Shown here: positions 53,781-61,773 of the stretch, in pieces
Position numbering within the stretch: the first letter of the stretch is position 1
Layout: the number at the start of each line of letters is the position of its first letter
Source: Patescibacteria group bacterium
GTDB lineage: Bacteria; Patescibacteriota; Patescibacteriia; 2-12-FULL-60-25
Assembly: GCA_018063125.1 (NCBI GenBank)
Contig: JAGOQY010000001.1
Span: 1-61,773, forward strand
DNA: 61,773 nt
Reading direction: 5' to 3'
Made by a program: the position numbers and the translations under genes
Notes under the pieces: model-generated
What the model saw: the letters and a program-made list of their open reading frames with translations, nothing else
Told to the model about the DNA's origin: nothing
Databases searched by the model: none

Positions 53781-55523
53781 ATGGAAGATCCGCTCCTCGA
53801 CGCCTTGATCGCAAAAAAACTTATTGACGCAAAATCTGCGAGCATTGCGCAGGATTTGGTTTCACGTGGAAAAACATTGGAGCAGGCTCTCGTTGGGGGA
53901 AAATATGTGACGGATCAGGATTACGCGAAAACCAGATCTGAGGTTTTGGGATTGCCGTATGTCGATCTCACGGAACGCGTGATTCCGAAAGAAACGTTAG
54001 AACTTCTTCCACCGGCGACCCGAGAAACGTATCAAGCCATTCCAACCTCATTTGATGGAACGACGTTGGAAATCGCATTGCTTGATCCGCAGGATTTTCG
54101 CGCGGTTGAAGCGTTGGAATTTTTGGCGAGCGAGCGTGGGTGGAAATTGAAATACGTCATCGCCCCAACAAACCAAGTTCAGAGTCTTCTCAAAAAGTTG
54201 AAAGGTCTTGGCGCAGAAGTGGCGACGGCGCTTGCGCAGGCAAAAGGAAAGTTCGATCTTCGATCATCGGAAAAGCCGGAAGAGATCGGCCAGCTTGAAG
54301 AGATTTTGAAAGGCGCGCCAGTTTCGCGGATGATTTCCATCATCATGCGTCACGCGGTTGAGGGTGGCGCATCAGATATTCACATTGAACCGATCGGAAA
54401 CGAATCGCGTATTCGATATCGCATTGACGGCGTTCTTCGAACGTCGCTCACGCTTCCGATTTACGTGCATCCTGCATTGGTCTCGCGCGTGAAAGTTCTG
54501 GCTAACCTCAAGATCGACGAAACGCGCGTTCCGCAGGACGGTCGCATTACGCAAGAAATCAGCGGAAAAAAGATCGACTTTCGCGTCTCGACACTTCCGG
54601 TCGTCGATAATGAAAAAGTGGTGATGCGTGTGCTCGACACGTCTGTCGGTGCGCCAACGCTAGAGCAACTCGGTTATCGAAAAGAATACGTCGCGGTCAT
54701 CAAAGAGCAGATCAAGAAACCGTACGGCATGTTTCTCGTGACCGGTCCGACGGGTTCGGGTAAATCAACAACATTGTTCGCGATTCTTTCCATGCTGAAT
54801 GCGGATGGCGTGAATATCTCCACGCTGGAAGATCCGGTGGAATATTACATTCCGGGAGTCAACCAATCGCAGGTTCGTCCAGAAATTAACTACACGTTTG
54901 CCACTGGTCTTCGCGCGCTTTTGCGTCAGGATCCGAACGTGATCCAGGTCGGTGAAATCCGCGACCGAGAAACGGCGGAGCTCGCGATCCACGCGTCACT
55001 TACGGGGCACCTCATGTTCTCGACGCTCCACACGAATGATGCACTTTCGATCGTTCCACGTCTCGCAGATATGGGCGTTGAACCGTTTCTCCTCGCGGCT
55101 ACATTAAACCTTGGTATTGCTCAGCGCCTTGGGAGAAAAATCTGCGTGCATTGCAAAGAACCGCAAGAAATAGATCCGGCAACAATGGCCAAGGTCACGT
55201 CGGAGATTCCGCAGATTCCGAAAAAATATTTCAATGAAAAGATGAATCAGGCGGGGCCGTACACGTTCTATCACGGCAAAGGATGCGCGCGGTGTGGCAA
55301 TTCAGGATATCAAGGCCGCGTTGCCGTGGCGGAAATGATTGTCTTTGATCTGCCGGCGCGGAAGCTTGTCGAAAAAGGATTCGCGATTCAAGAAGCTCGG
55401 GCCGAGGTTGCACGACAAGAAATGTTGAATATCCGTCAGGACGCGCTCTTAAAAGCGCTTGAAGGCGTGACGACGTTAGAGGAGGTCTTCCGCATTTCTC
55501 AGGATACGCAGGAGGACGCCTAG
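53781..55523 (+). CDS. pilB: Type IV pilus extension ATPase PilB (GspE family)
   Basis: T2SSE_N-like N-terminus, Walker A GPTGSGKSTT, Asp box, Walker B, and tetra-Cys CVHC...CARC. Confidence 0.95.
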   Translation: MEDPLLDALIAKKLIDAKSASIAQDLVSRGKTLEQALVGGKYVTDQDYAKTRSEVLGLPYVDLTERVIPKETLELLPPATRETYQAIPTSFDGTTLEIALLDPQDFRAVEALEFLASERGWKLKYVIAPTNQVQSLLKKLKGLGAEVATALAQAKGKFDLRSSEKPEEIGQLEEILKGAPVSRMISIIMRHAVEGGASDIHIEPIGNESRIRYRIDGVLRTSLTLPIYVHPALVSRVKVLANLKIDETRVPQDGRITQEISGKKIDFRVSTLPVVDNEKVVMRVLDTSVGAPTLEQLGYRKEYVAVIKEQIKKPYGMFLVTGPTGSGKSTTLFAILSMLNADGVNISTLEDPVEYYIPGVNQSQVRPEINYTFATGLRALLRQDPNVIQVGEIRDRETAELAIHASLTGHLMFSTLHTNDALSIVPRLADMGVEPFLLAATLNLGIAQRLGRKICVHCKEPQEIDPATMAKVTSEIPQIPKKYFNEKMNQAGPYTFYHGKGCARCGNSGYQGRVAVAEMIVFDLPARKLVEKGFAIQEARAEVARQEMLNIRQDALLKALEGVTTLEEVFRISQDTQEDA

Positions 55524-55541
55524 CGTGTACAATGTTCTCGT

Positions 55542-55922
55542 ATGGCGAAACAACGCGTTTTGTTGGTTGAGGATGATGGGTTTCTCGCAAGTATTTATGC
55601 GCAGAAACTTGAAGTCGAAGGATACGACGTCTCTTTCGCGACGAACGGAGAAGATGGTCTGAAGCTCGCGCAGAAGGATCATCCGGACCTCATCTTGATG
55701 GATATTCTCATGCCAAAGATGGATGGGTTTGAGATGCTCGAGCGTTTGAAAGCGGATGATACGACGAAAGCGATTCCGGTTCTCGTGCTTTCGAACCTCG
55801 GACAAAAAGAAGATGTTGAACGATGTATTAAGCTCGGTGCGGCAGGATACGTGATCAAGGCGCATTCGTTGCCGCATGAAACCGTGAAGCGCATCAAAGA
55901 AATTTTGCATGCCGTCGTTTAA
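55542..55922 (+). CDS. Stand-alone response-regulator receiver domain (CheY-like)
   Basis: VLLVEDD, DLILMDILMPKMDG, VLVLSN, KLGAAGYVIK. Confidence 0.85.
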   Translation: MAKQRVLLVEDDGFLASIYAQKLEVEGYDVSFATNGEDGLKLAQKDHPDLILMDILMPKMDGFEMLERLKADDTTKAIPVLVLSNLGQKEDVERCIKLGAAGYVIKAHSLPHETVKRIKEILHAVV

Positions 55923-57120
55923 ATACCGCGCTCGATTGCCGGATGGGCGATTGAACGCCGGCATTATCGAAGCCGAATCGGAAGAATCTGCGAATCAAGC
56001 GCTCCAGGAGCGGGGGATGGATATTCTTCTTTTGGAACCGTATAAAGGTTTTGAAGCCGCATCAAAAGGATTGGTCACGTTTTTGAACCGCATCTCGGCG
56101 AAGGATCTCGTCATTGTCACGCGAACACTTTCGGTGATGGTTTCGGCATCCGTTCCGCTGACGGATTCTGTTCGGAATATCGCGCGACAAACCGTGAATC
56201 CGAAACTTCGGAAGATCCTCACGGATGTTGCGAACGAAGTTGAGGGTGGTGGCCAGATTTCAGATGCGTTTGAAAAATATCCGCAGGTTTTCTCAGGATT
56301 TTTCGTGAACATGGTGCGTTCGGGAGAAACCACGGGTCAGCTCGCCGAAGTGTTGGAATATCTCGCAGATCAGCAGGAAAAAGATTACGACCTCTCTGCC
56401 AAGTTGAAGGGGGCGATGATTTATCCCGCGTTTATTCTCTCTGCGATGGGGATCGTCGGGTTTGTGATGATGTCATTCGTCGTTCCGAAGCTTGTGGGCG
56501 TTCTGGAGCAGGCGGAAGTTGAGCTTCCGATTGCGACGCGTATTTTGATTTCCGTTTCTAGTTTTTTTGAAAGCTATTGGTGGTTGGTGTTGATTCTGAC
56601 GGCACTCACGGCGGTAGGGGTCAAGATGGGGATTTCAACCCCATCCGGAAGAATCATTTGGGATCACATCAAATTACGCATTCCGGTTTTTGGAAAGCTG
56701 TTTCAACGCGTGTACGTCGTTCGGTTTTCTCGCTCACTCGCAACGCTCATGAAGGGTGGTGTGGATCTCGTTGGCGCCCTCGAAATCGTGGCAGGCGTCA
56801 TGGAGAACGCGGTGTGGAAGCAGCTCGTGTTCGAAACCATTCGCGAAGTGAACGATGGAAACTCGCTCACGACCGCTTTTGAACGCAGTAAGCTTGTTCC
56901 AACCATGATGGTTCAGATGCTTGCGATCGGAGAAGCAACGGGAAAAACGCAGGAAATCCTTCTTCGTCTTTCCTCCTTCTTTTCACGCGAAGTCGATAAC
57001 GTTGTTGCAAACCTCGTTGCGTTGATTGAACCGCTCATTCTCATCATTCTCGGTGTGGGTGTCGGTGGAATGGTTTCGGCAATTCTTTTGCCGCTCTACA
57101 GTCTTTCCTCGGGTGGATAG
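55909..57120 (+). CDS. pilC: Type IV pilus platform protein PilC (T2SS F family)
   Basis: Two T2SSF repeats (...MVRSGETTGQL... and ...AIGEATGK...). 3 TM. 403 aa. Confidence 0.9.
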   Translation: MPSFKYRARLPDGRLNAGIIEAESEESANQALQERGMDILLLEPYKGFEAASKGLVTFLNRISAKDLVIVTRTLSVMVSASVPLTDSVRNIARQTVNPKLRKILTDVANEVEGGGQISDAFEKYPQVFSGFFVNMVRSGETTGQLAEVLEYLADQQEKDYDLSAKLKGAMIYPAFILSAMGIVGFVMMSFVVPKLVGVLEQAEVELPIATRILISVSSFFESYWWLVLILTALTAVGVKMGISTPSGRIIWDHIKLRIPVFGKLFQRVYVVRFSRSLATLMKGGVDLVGALEIVAGVMENAVWKQLVFETIREVNDGNSLTTAFERSKLVPTMMVQMLAIGEATGKTQEILLRLSSFFSREVDNVVANLVALIEPLILIILGVGVGGMVSAILLPLYSLSSGG

Positions 57121-57128
57121 CTCAAAGT

Positions 57129-57198
57129 GTCATTCCCGCGCAGGCGGGAATCCGGATCGCCCGATTACAAGCCAGTTTCCCGCCTGCGCGGGAATGAC
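57129..57198. repeat. Pair of inverted REP-like palindromes (ATTCCC-N8-GGGAAT type)
   Basis: gtcattcccgcgcaggcgggaat at 57129-57151. Its reverse complement (22/23 match) lies at 57176-57198. Each arm is itself a hairpin (ttcccgc-N4-gcgggaa). Confidence 0.7.
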
Positions 57199-57245
57199 AG
57201 GTTAAAGAGAGATTGTGGATAACTTCAAGAGAAAATGCGCAACGA

Positions 57246-57254
57246 TGCTATACT
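57246..57254 (+). promoter_or_regulatory. Possible extended -10 promoter for the major pilin gene
   Basis: TGcTATACT about 48 nt upstream of the ATG at 57302. Pattern match only. Confidence 0.35.
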
Positions 57255-57301
57255 TCGGGCATTATTCTTTCACTCATCTCATCAGCCCTCAATCGTCTCG
57301 T

Positions 57302-57799
57302 ATGACGAAACAAAAAGGTTTTACACTTATTGAACTTCTCGTCGTGGTCGGCATTATCGGCCTTCTCGCGACGCTCGCTGTGGTTGCGTTTGGTAATGCT
57401 CAGGTTCGTGCTCGTGACGCGAAGCGCGTTGCGGATGTTCGCGGAATTGTCGCGGCATTTGCGGCGGCGTATCAGGATGATGCGAACGTGTTGCTTTGTA
57501 ACGGAAACGCGGCGATTTCTGGGATTACGTTGATTAACGCGATCCGCATTAAGACGGGTGTTTCGTGTGCCGCCGGTACGGATGTGACCACGACATACGT
57601 GAACCTCGCCAACGTGAAGGATCCACGCTACTCCAACGTGTGTGCCGCGATCGTTCCGGCCGCAACGTGTGACTACTCCGTCAACAACGGTGCAACGGCC
57701 AGCTCCTATACGATTGGATTCGTTACGGAAGGCGCCGCAGTTCAAGGATTGGGTGCTGGAACATTCCACACAGCCAACCAGAACGGAATCGTGAACTAA
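57302..57799 (+). CDS. Type IV pilin (prepilin-type N-terminal cleavage/methylation domain), probable major subunit
   Basis: MTKQKG|FTLIELLVVVGIIGLLA with Glu+5. RDAKR motif. 2 Cys pairs. Own promoter-like element and terminator. Confidence 0.85.
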   Translation: MTKQKGFTLIELLVVVGIIGLLATLAVVAFGNAQVRARDAKRVADVRGIVAAFAAAYQDDANVLLCNGNAAISGITLINAIRIKTGVSCAAGTDVTTTYVNLANVKDPRYSNVCAAIVPAATCDYSVNNGATASSYTIGFVTEGAAVQGLGAGTFHTANQNGIVN

Positions 57800-57821
57800 G
57801 GTTCATCTCCGCCGTTTTTAG

Positions 57822-57854
57822 CCGCCGTGGATTCGTCCATGGCGGTTTTGTTTT
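57822..57854 (+). terminator. Rho-independent terminator after the pilin gene
   Basis: ccgccgtgg-attcgt-ccatggcgg, then ttttgtttt. Confidence 0.65.
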
Positions 57855-57885
57855 CGGTGTCTGTGCGGTACACTGTCTCCATTCT

Positions 57886-58806
57886 ATGGAAGCACAATCT
57901 GCACAAAGTACGGGGTTTGATCCACGAAGTGGGCATGGTGAAGCGTCAACGATTCCTGAAGAGATCAAACGATGGAGTTGGGGCGCGTTTTTCCTCTCTT
58001 GGATTTGGGGGATCGGGAATCGCACGTGGATGTCATTGATCGTCTTCGTTCCGCTCGTCAACGTGGTTGCGCCGATTATTTTGGGATTGAAGGGAAACGA
58101 ATGGGCGTGGAAGTCAAAGTCGTGGCCGTCCGTGGACGAGTTTCATAAAACCCAAAAGAAGTGGGCGCTCGCCGGCGTGATTGTATTCGGCGCTTCTCTT
58201 GCGATCGCGATCGGAGCGATTGTGCTCGTTTTGATGTTCGGGAAACCCGTCACTCCGTCTTCCGAGTCCATGGTCCCGACGTGGGAACAAGAGTCGGATT
58301 CAGAATTTGAAAGCATGTTCGATGAAGAAATGATGGAGCCGCAGGTGATCGAATGGAAGTCCTACGATTTTCCAGAAGAGGAATTTTCGATTGATTTTCC
58401 TCAACAGCCGGATCAGGAAAACGGGAGTTACGAGAATCCGGATGGAGAACAGGTTTTGACCACGATTCACAGCGCCGATGAGGAAACGACGGGATATTTT
58501 GTGGCCATTGAGCAATTTTCTGAAGAGCTTTCGACATCTCCGGAGGCGGATGTCATTGCGCGGTTTCGTGAATCTCTGAGCAATGTCGAGAAATCTATCG
58601 AAGGAGCTTCTATTGCTAGCACTGAACCGACCACGTTCATGGGGGCGCCGGCACTTCGATATCTCATGATGATTGGGGCGGATCGAGTGGAAGAAGGGAT
58701 CTTCGTTCAAAAGGGTTCACGAATCTATACGGCGGCCGCGGAATACGATGCAGGATCAAAGCCGGCAGAATTTGAAGCTTTTCAATCGTCGTTTGAACTT
58801 AAATAG
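57886..58806 (+). CDS. Hypothetical membrane protein (306 aa) with an acidic extracytoplasmic C-terminal domain
   Basis: RWSWGAFFLSWIWGIGNRTW...GLKGNEWAWKS module with 2-3 TM, then an acidic domain of about 190 aa. Confidence 0.6.
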   Translation: MEAQSAQSTGFDPRSGHGEASTIPEEIKRWSWGAFFLSWIWGIGNRTWMSLIVFVPLVNVVAPIILGLKGNEWAWKSKSWPSVDEFHKTQKKWALAGVIVFGASLAIAIGAIVLVLMFGKPVTPSSESMVPTWEQESDSEFESMFDEEMMEPQVIEWKSYDFPEEEFSIDFPQQPDQENGSYENPDGEQVLTTIHSADEETTGYFVAIEQFSEELSTSPEADVIARFRESLSNVEKSIEGASIASTEPTTFMGAPALRYLMMIGADRVEEGIFVQKGSRIYTAAAEYDAGSKPAEFEAFQSSFELK

Positions 58807-58811
58807 TTGAT

Positions 58812-59276
58812 ATGTTGAAACGTCTACGTTCTGGCTTCACGATTCTGGAAGCCCTCGTCGTCATCCTGGTCGTTGGGATCTTGGCGTCTATCGCCGTCTA
58901 TTCTCTCAGTGTAACGCGAGCGAGTAATCGGGATGCGAAGCGCATTTCCGATGTGAGCGTGATTCGTGCGGCGTTGACTCAGCACTGGCTTCAGAAGGCG
59001 AGTTATCCTTCGACCGAAGCGGTTGATCTTGGACGACCGGGCGGTGGAGCGGAGCGGCTCACAGCGAGTGGGTTTGTCGCCTCAGACAGTTCAACGTCTC
59101 CCGTATTTCTGGAAGTTGTTCCGATCGGTCCGCGATCTGGGGAATACTATCGATATCATGGCGCCGCAAGCGGATATTCCTTGCAATTCCGCACGGAGCG
59201 CGCCACGGCCTACGGCCCTCCAGGCGTGTATTACGCGCATACCGACGGCGTAGATCAGGAAGACGTAGAAAAATAG
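58812..59276 (+). CDS. Prepilin-type N-terminal domain protein (second pilin)
   Basis: RSG|FTILEALVVILVVGILA and the RDAKR motif. Confidence 0.8.
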   Translation: MLKRLRSGFTILEALVVILVVGILASIAVYSLSVTRASNRDAKRISDVSVIRAALTQHWLQKASYPSTEAVDLGRPGGGAERLTASGFVASDSSTSPVFLEVVPIGPRSGEYYRYHGAASGYSLQFRTERATAYGPPGVYYAHTDGVDQEDVEK

Positions 59277-59279
59277 ACA

Positions 59280-60098
59280 ATGATTTTGGAGCGAGCCGTT
59301 GGAATCGTGTTTGCGTGCATCCTTGGGCTCATCTGGGGATCGTTCGCGAACGTTGTCGCTATTCGTTGGCATGAAAACGCCTCCTTGTGGGGGCGTTCTG
59401 TGTGTCCGGGATGCAGGCGGACATTGCGGCCGAGACATCTTGTTCCGGTTCTTTCTTGGATTTGGCTGAGAGGGAAGTGTGCGGATTGTAAAAAGAAGAT
59501 TCACATTCAGTATCCGCTGGTTGAGTTGCTCTGCGGTGTTCTTGGGGCGATCGCCGCGTTGAGATTCGACCCGATGGGTCCCGAAGCGCTCCGATTCTGG
59601 TTCGAGTTTGTGATTTCGATGGGATTGATCGTTCCGGTGGTGATGGATCTTCGCTGGAAAGAAGTTCCCGTGGAATATCTCGCCGGGCTGACGGTGATCG
59701 CGTATGGATTCGGGATCGCGTTGTTTGGAGCGGATCTCAGCGTCTTTAAAGGAACGAATGGATTTGTCGCCGTACTCCTTTCTCCATTTGTCGCCATGTC
59801 CATTCCGGTCGCGTTTTTTGGAATTCAGTATCAACTTTCGCAGGGGCGATGGATTGGTGCCGGTGATCTGTGGATCGGGGCGTTGATCGGCGCGGTCGCA
59901 GGTCGTCCGGCGATGGCGTTGATCGGAATGTATTTTTCGTATCTTCTCGGCGGTGGCGCGGCATTGATCGGATATCTCGCCGGAGTTTTTCGTCGGGGTG
60001 ACCGATTGCCATTCGCACCCGCGCTCGCAGGGGGTACACTGCTCATGATGTGGTTTGGCGAGTCGGTTCTCGCATGGGTTTCTGGGATCTATGTCTAA
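59280..60098 (+). CDS. pilD: Prepilin peptidase PilD (A24 family)
   Basis: N-terminal CPGC...CADC zinc motif, catalytic Asp regions VMDLRWKEVP and GAGDLW, polytopic. Confidence 0.9.
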   Translation: MILERAVGIVFACILGLIWGSFANVVAIRWHENASLWGRSVCPGCRRTLRPRHLVPVLSWIWLRGKCADCKKKIHIQYPLVELLCGVLGAIAALRFDPMGPEALRFWFEFVISMGLIVPVVMDLRWKEVPVEYLAGLTVIAYGFGIALFGADLSVFKGTNGFVAVLLSPFVAMSIPVAFFGIQYQLSQGRWIGAGDLWIGALIGAVAGRPAMALIGMYFSYLLGGGAALIGYLAGVFRRGDRLPFAPALAGGTLLMMWFGESVLAWVSGIYV

Positions 60099-60717
60099 GT
60101 CGCACGGATTTACACTCAACGAAGTTTTGATCAGCGTCTTTATTTTGGGGCTGATTGCTTCGGCGTCTGTGGTGAATCTGCGAACCGCGCGTCAACGTGA
60201 TGAGCTCGAGTCTGCGGTTCGTGTGATCGCCGCAGATTTACGCTCCCTTCAATCTCGCGCGCTCTCGGCACAAAATGTGAAATCCTGTCTGGCGGGTGCT
60301 GTGCGTCAGGTGTGCGAGCTTTCTCAGGCCGGATGTACCGGCGCCTGTTCGGACGCGTCACCGATTGCGGTTGGCGCACACTTCGCGCAGAACACGACGT
60401 CTTATACCTTGTTTGCGGAAGTGGAGCCGACGAAGAACGAATGGGAACAGACGGATGCGACCGAGGTTTTTTTGACGCGTGATCTTTCGAAAAGCGGAGG
60501 AACGAATACACAAATTACGACATTAAACGCTGGTGGAAGCCCGGTAGCTCAAACGGATATCTCTTTTCAGCGACAAAATGGCTCGTTGGGAATTGATGGA
60601 TGTTATGCGCCATGCGCCAGTCCGGTGACGTTGGTGATCACGGTTGCTCATTCGATTTCTGGCGTGACACGCACGGTTTCCGCAAACGCCTACACAGGTC
60701 GTATTTCCATTGATTGA
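60091..60717 (+). CDS. Minor pilin / pseudopilin (GspH/FimT-like)
   Basis: SHG|FTLNEVLISVFILGLIA. 8-nt overlap with pilD. Confidence 0.75.
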   Translation: MSKSHGFTLNEVLISVFILGLIASASVVNLRTARQRDELESAVRVIAADLRSLQSRALSAQNVKSCLAGAVRQVCELSQAGCTGACSDASPIAVGAHFAQNTTSYTLFAEVEPTKNEWEQTDATEVFLTRDLSKSGGTNTQITTLNAGGSPVAQTDISFQRQNGSLGIDGCYAPCASPVTLVITVAHSISGVTRTVSANAYTGRISID

Positions 60718-60718
60718 T

Positions 60719-61309
60719 ATGAGAAAACAATCCGGTCAAAGTATCATGGAACTTCTCATCGCGTTTGCGGTGATTAGCGTGGGATTGGTTGCGGCGGTGA
60801 CGTTGATCTATTCCAATCTTTCTCTCGTGGATCGTGATAGCGACGAAGTGGTGGCGGTGAATCTTGCGCGTGAAGGCGCAGAAATCGCGAAAGCCTTGCG
60901 AGATGCAAACTGGCTTTCCGGTTCGGCATTTAATGCCGGATTTTCAAACGGATCCGATTACGTGGGAGTATTGGTGTGGAATGGTGTAATTTCTCCGCCG
61001 GTTTTTGATTTTTCTGGAGCGGATGATTTTACGAATCCAAACGCGATGATCGTACGTTCTTCAAACCCCTCTGCACCGGATTTTCTCGCAAGCGCGAATG
61101 CATCTCCTTCGTTCACCGGAACGTCAACCGGATTTATGCGTCTCATGACGTTTCATCCGATCTGCTCGGATCAGTCGATTTTGAATAATGGAGCGACGTG
61201 TGCGCCACTTGTGACGTCCGGGATTCGCGTGGAGTCGCGTATTCGTTGGGTTCGAAAAGGAACGCAAAAAGAAACCGTGATTTATGAAGACCTGTATGAC
61301 TGGCGTTAA
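60719..61309 (+). CDS. Minor pilin-like protein
   Basis: SGQSIMELLIAFAVISVGLVA: degenerate class III signal with Glu+5. Confidence 0.65.
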   Translation: MRKQSGQSIMELLIAFAVISVGLVAAVTLIYSNLSLVDRDSDEVVAVNLAREGAEIAKALRDANWLSGSAFNAGFSNGSDYVGVLVWNGVISPPVFDFSGADDFTNPNAMIVRSSNPSAPDFLASANASPSFTGTSTGFMRLMTFHPICSDQSILNNGATCAPLVTSGIRVESRIRWVRKGTQKETVIYEDLYDWR

Positions 61310-61773
61310 AAAATCCGGATTCTCGTTGTTCGAGATGTTGATCGTGGTCGCGTTGTTTTCGACCGCTGCGGTGATTCTGTCTCAGCTCTTCGTCTCGTTT
61401 AATCAACTGCATCGGAAAATCGCGAATGCGGCGGTTTTGAGTCAGGACATGCGTTTTGCGATGGAGCTACTGGTTCGTGCGGCACGAAATAATCGCATTG
61501 ATTATTCCGCCTCACCAATTCCAGATCGAGCAAATTCGCTCACACTCGAAACGCCGACCGGCGGATCCATTATCGTCGCTCTCAGAAGCGGAGCAGATTG
61601 TCAGGACACCTCTGTGACAAATTGTCTGGCGCTATCGGTGGATGGTGGAACCGTTTGGCAACCGATTACGGCGCGTCGTGTGAATGTCACAAATTTTGAT
61701 GTGTATGTCCGGCCCAGCGTTTCTCCGTTTGAAGGTGTTTCTGGCGGAGGATACGCAAGTGATCTTCAACCAT
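61296..61773 (+). CDS. Minor pilin-like protein, 3'-truncated by the window edge
   Basis: Translated by hand; absent from the ORF track because no stop is reached. MTGVKKSG|FSLFEMLIVVALFSTAAV..., open to nt 61773. Confidence 0.7.
   Translation, partial: MTGVKKSGFSLFEMLIVVALFSTAAVILSQLFVSFNQLHRKIANAAVLSQDMRFAMELLVRAARNNRIDYSASPIPDRANSLTLETPTGGSIIVALRSGADCQDTSVTNCLALSVDGGTVWQPITARRVNVTNFDVYVRPSVSPFEGVSGGGYASDLQP

Noticed and set aside
57129-57198. Possible CRISPR repeat or array
   Set aside because: There are only two copies, in inverted rather than direct orientation, 24 nt apart. No further repeats and no cas genes occur anywhere in the window.
59091-60119. 342-aa minus-strand ORF covering pilD
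   Set aside because: The plus strand encodes a prepilin peptidase with CxxC…CxxC and both catalytic Asp motifs. The minus-strand product is Arg/Pro/His-rich low-complexity.
1-61773. Alternative genetic code (UGA recoding, as in some candidate phyla)
   Set aside because: TGA ends conserved genes at their expected lengths (ftsX, recJ, the ABC exporter, pilO). It also forms ATGA stop/start overlaps. No conserved gene needs read-through.

Overview
Dense, almost fully coding bacterial chromosomal window. I support about 70 protein genes and 3 tRNAs. I found no rRNA, CRISPR array, transposase or integrase. The standard genetic code applies: TGA ends well-conserved genes, for example the recJ/ABC and ABC/rnhA ATGA overlaps.

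Layout, left to right:
(i) 1-12.98 kb: surface-glycan locus. It holds GT2 and GT4 transferases, a SAM methyltransferase, a short UGDH-family enzyme, a polyprenyl glycosylphosphotransferase, GtrA, two tandem UXS-like SDRs, a small class III cyclase, a 728-aa polytopic membrane protein and a CDP-alcohol phosphatidyltransferase.
(ii) 12.99-18.65 kb: envelope and division genes (Mur ligase, FtsB-like, tRNA-Gly/Thr, Nudix, ftsEX).
(iii) 18.65-21.1 kb: three ORFans directly after ftsX, the first a putative HExxH lipoprotein.
(iv) 21.1-30.1 kb: pepF plus a thiol-redox and oxidative-stress concentration (DsbB/BdbC-like, FAD oxidoreductase, DsbA-like, glutaredoxin, SOD, Bcp), with tRNA-Gln, Smr, a secreted SNase, a sigma-region-4-only protein and a HAD hydrolase.
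(v) 31-35.6 kb: a GC-rich minigene, era, rlmD-like and TrmH-family genes, GT2.
(vi) 35.6-41.5 kb: a structured intergenic region, Rieske-murJ, two FecR-like paralogs, lepA.
(vii) 41.5-44.4 kb: CofE-family ligase, short MTHFS-like protein, ATP-grasp ligase, signal-less NlpC/P60.
(viii) 44.5-48.6 kb: recJ, ABC exporter, rnhA.
(ix) 48.6-61.8 kb: secretin-less type IV pilus locus. Order is a large repeat protein, pilM-N-O, a small membrane protein, pilB, a receiver domain, pilC, a REP-like palindrome pair, the major pilin, a membrane protein, a second pilin, pilD and three minor pilins, running off the window.

Gene content and pilin style suggest a small-genome monoderm-like lineage, possibly CPR/Patescibacteria. 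That is inference only.

Best candidates for undescribed biology:
- the 638-aa Trp/Gly-repeat plus Cys/Asp-repeat protein translationally abutted to pilM (48635-50551);
- the FtsEX-linked HExxH lipoprotein module (18650-21101);
- the DsbB-FAD oxidoreductase pair (22955-24808);
- the CofE/ATP-grasp/C40 cluster (41492-44384).

All calls come from reading motifs by eye. No database search or computation was run. Several starts were moved to internal ATGs and remain uncertain.
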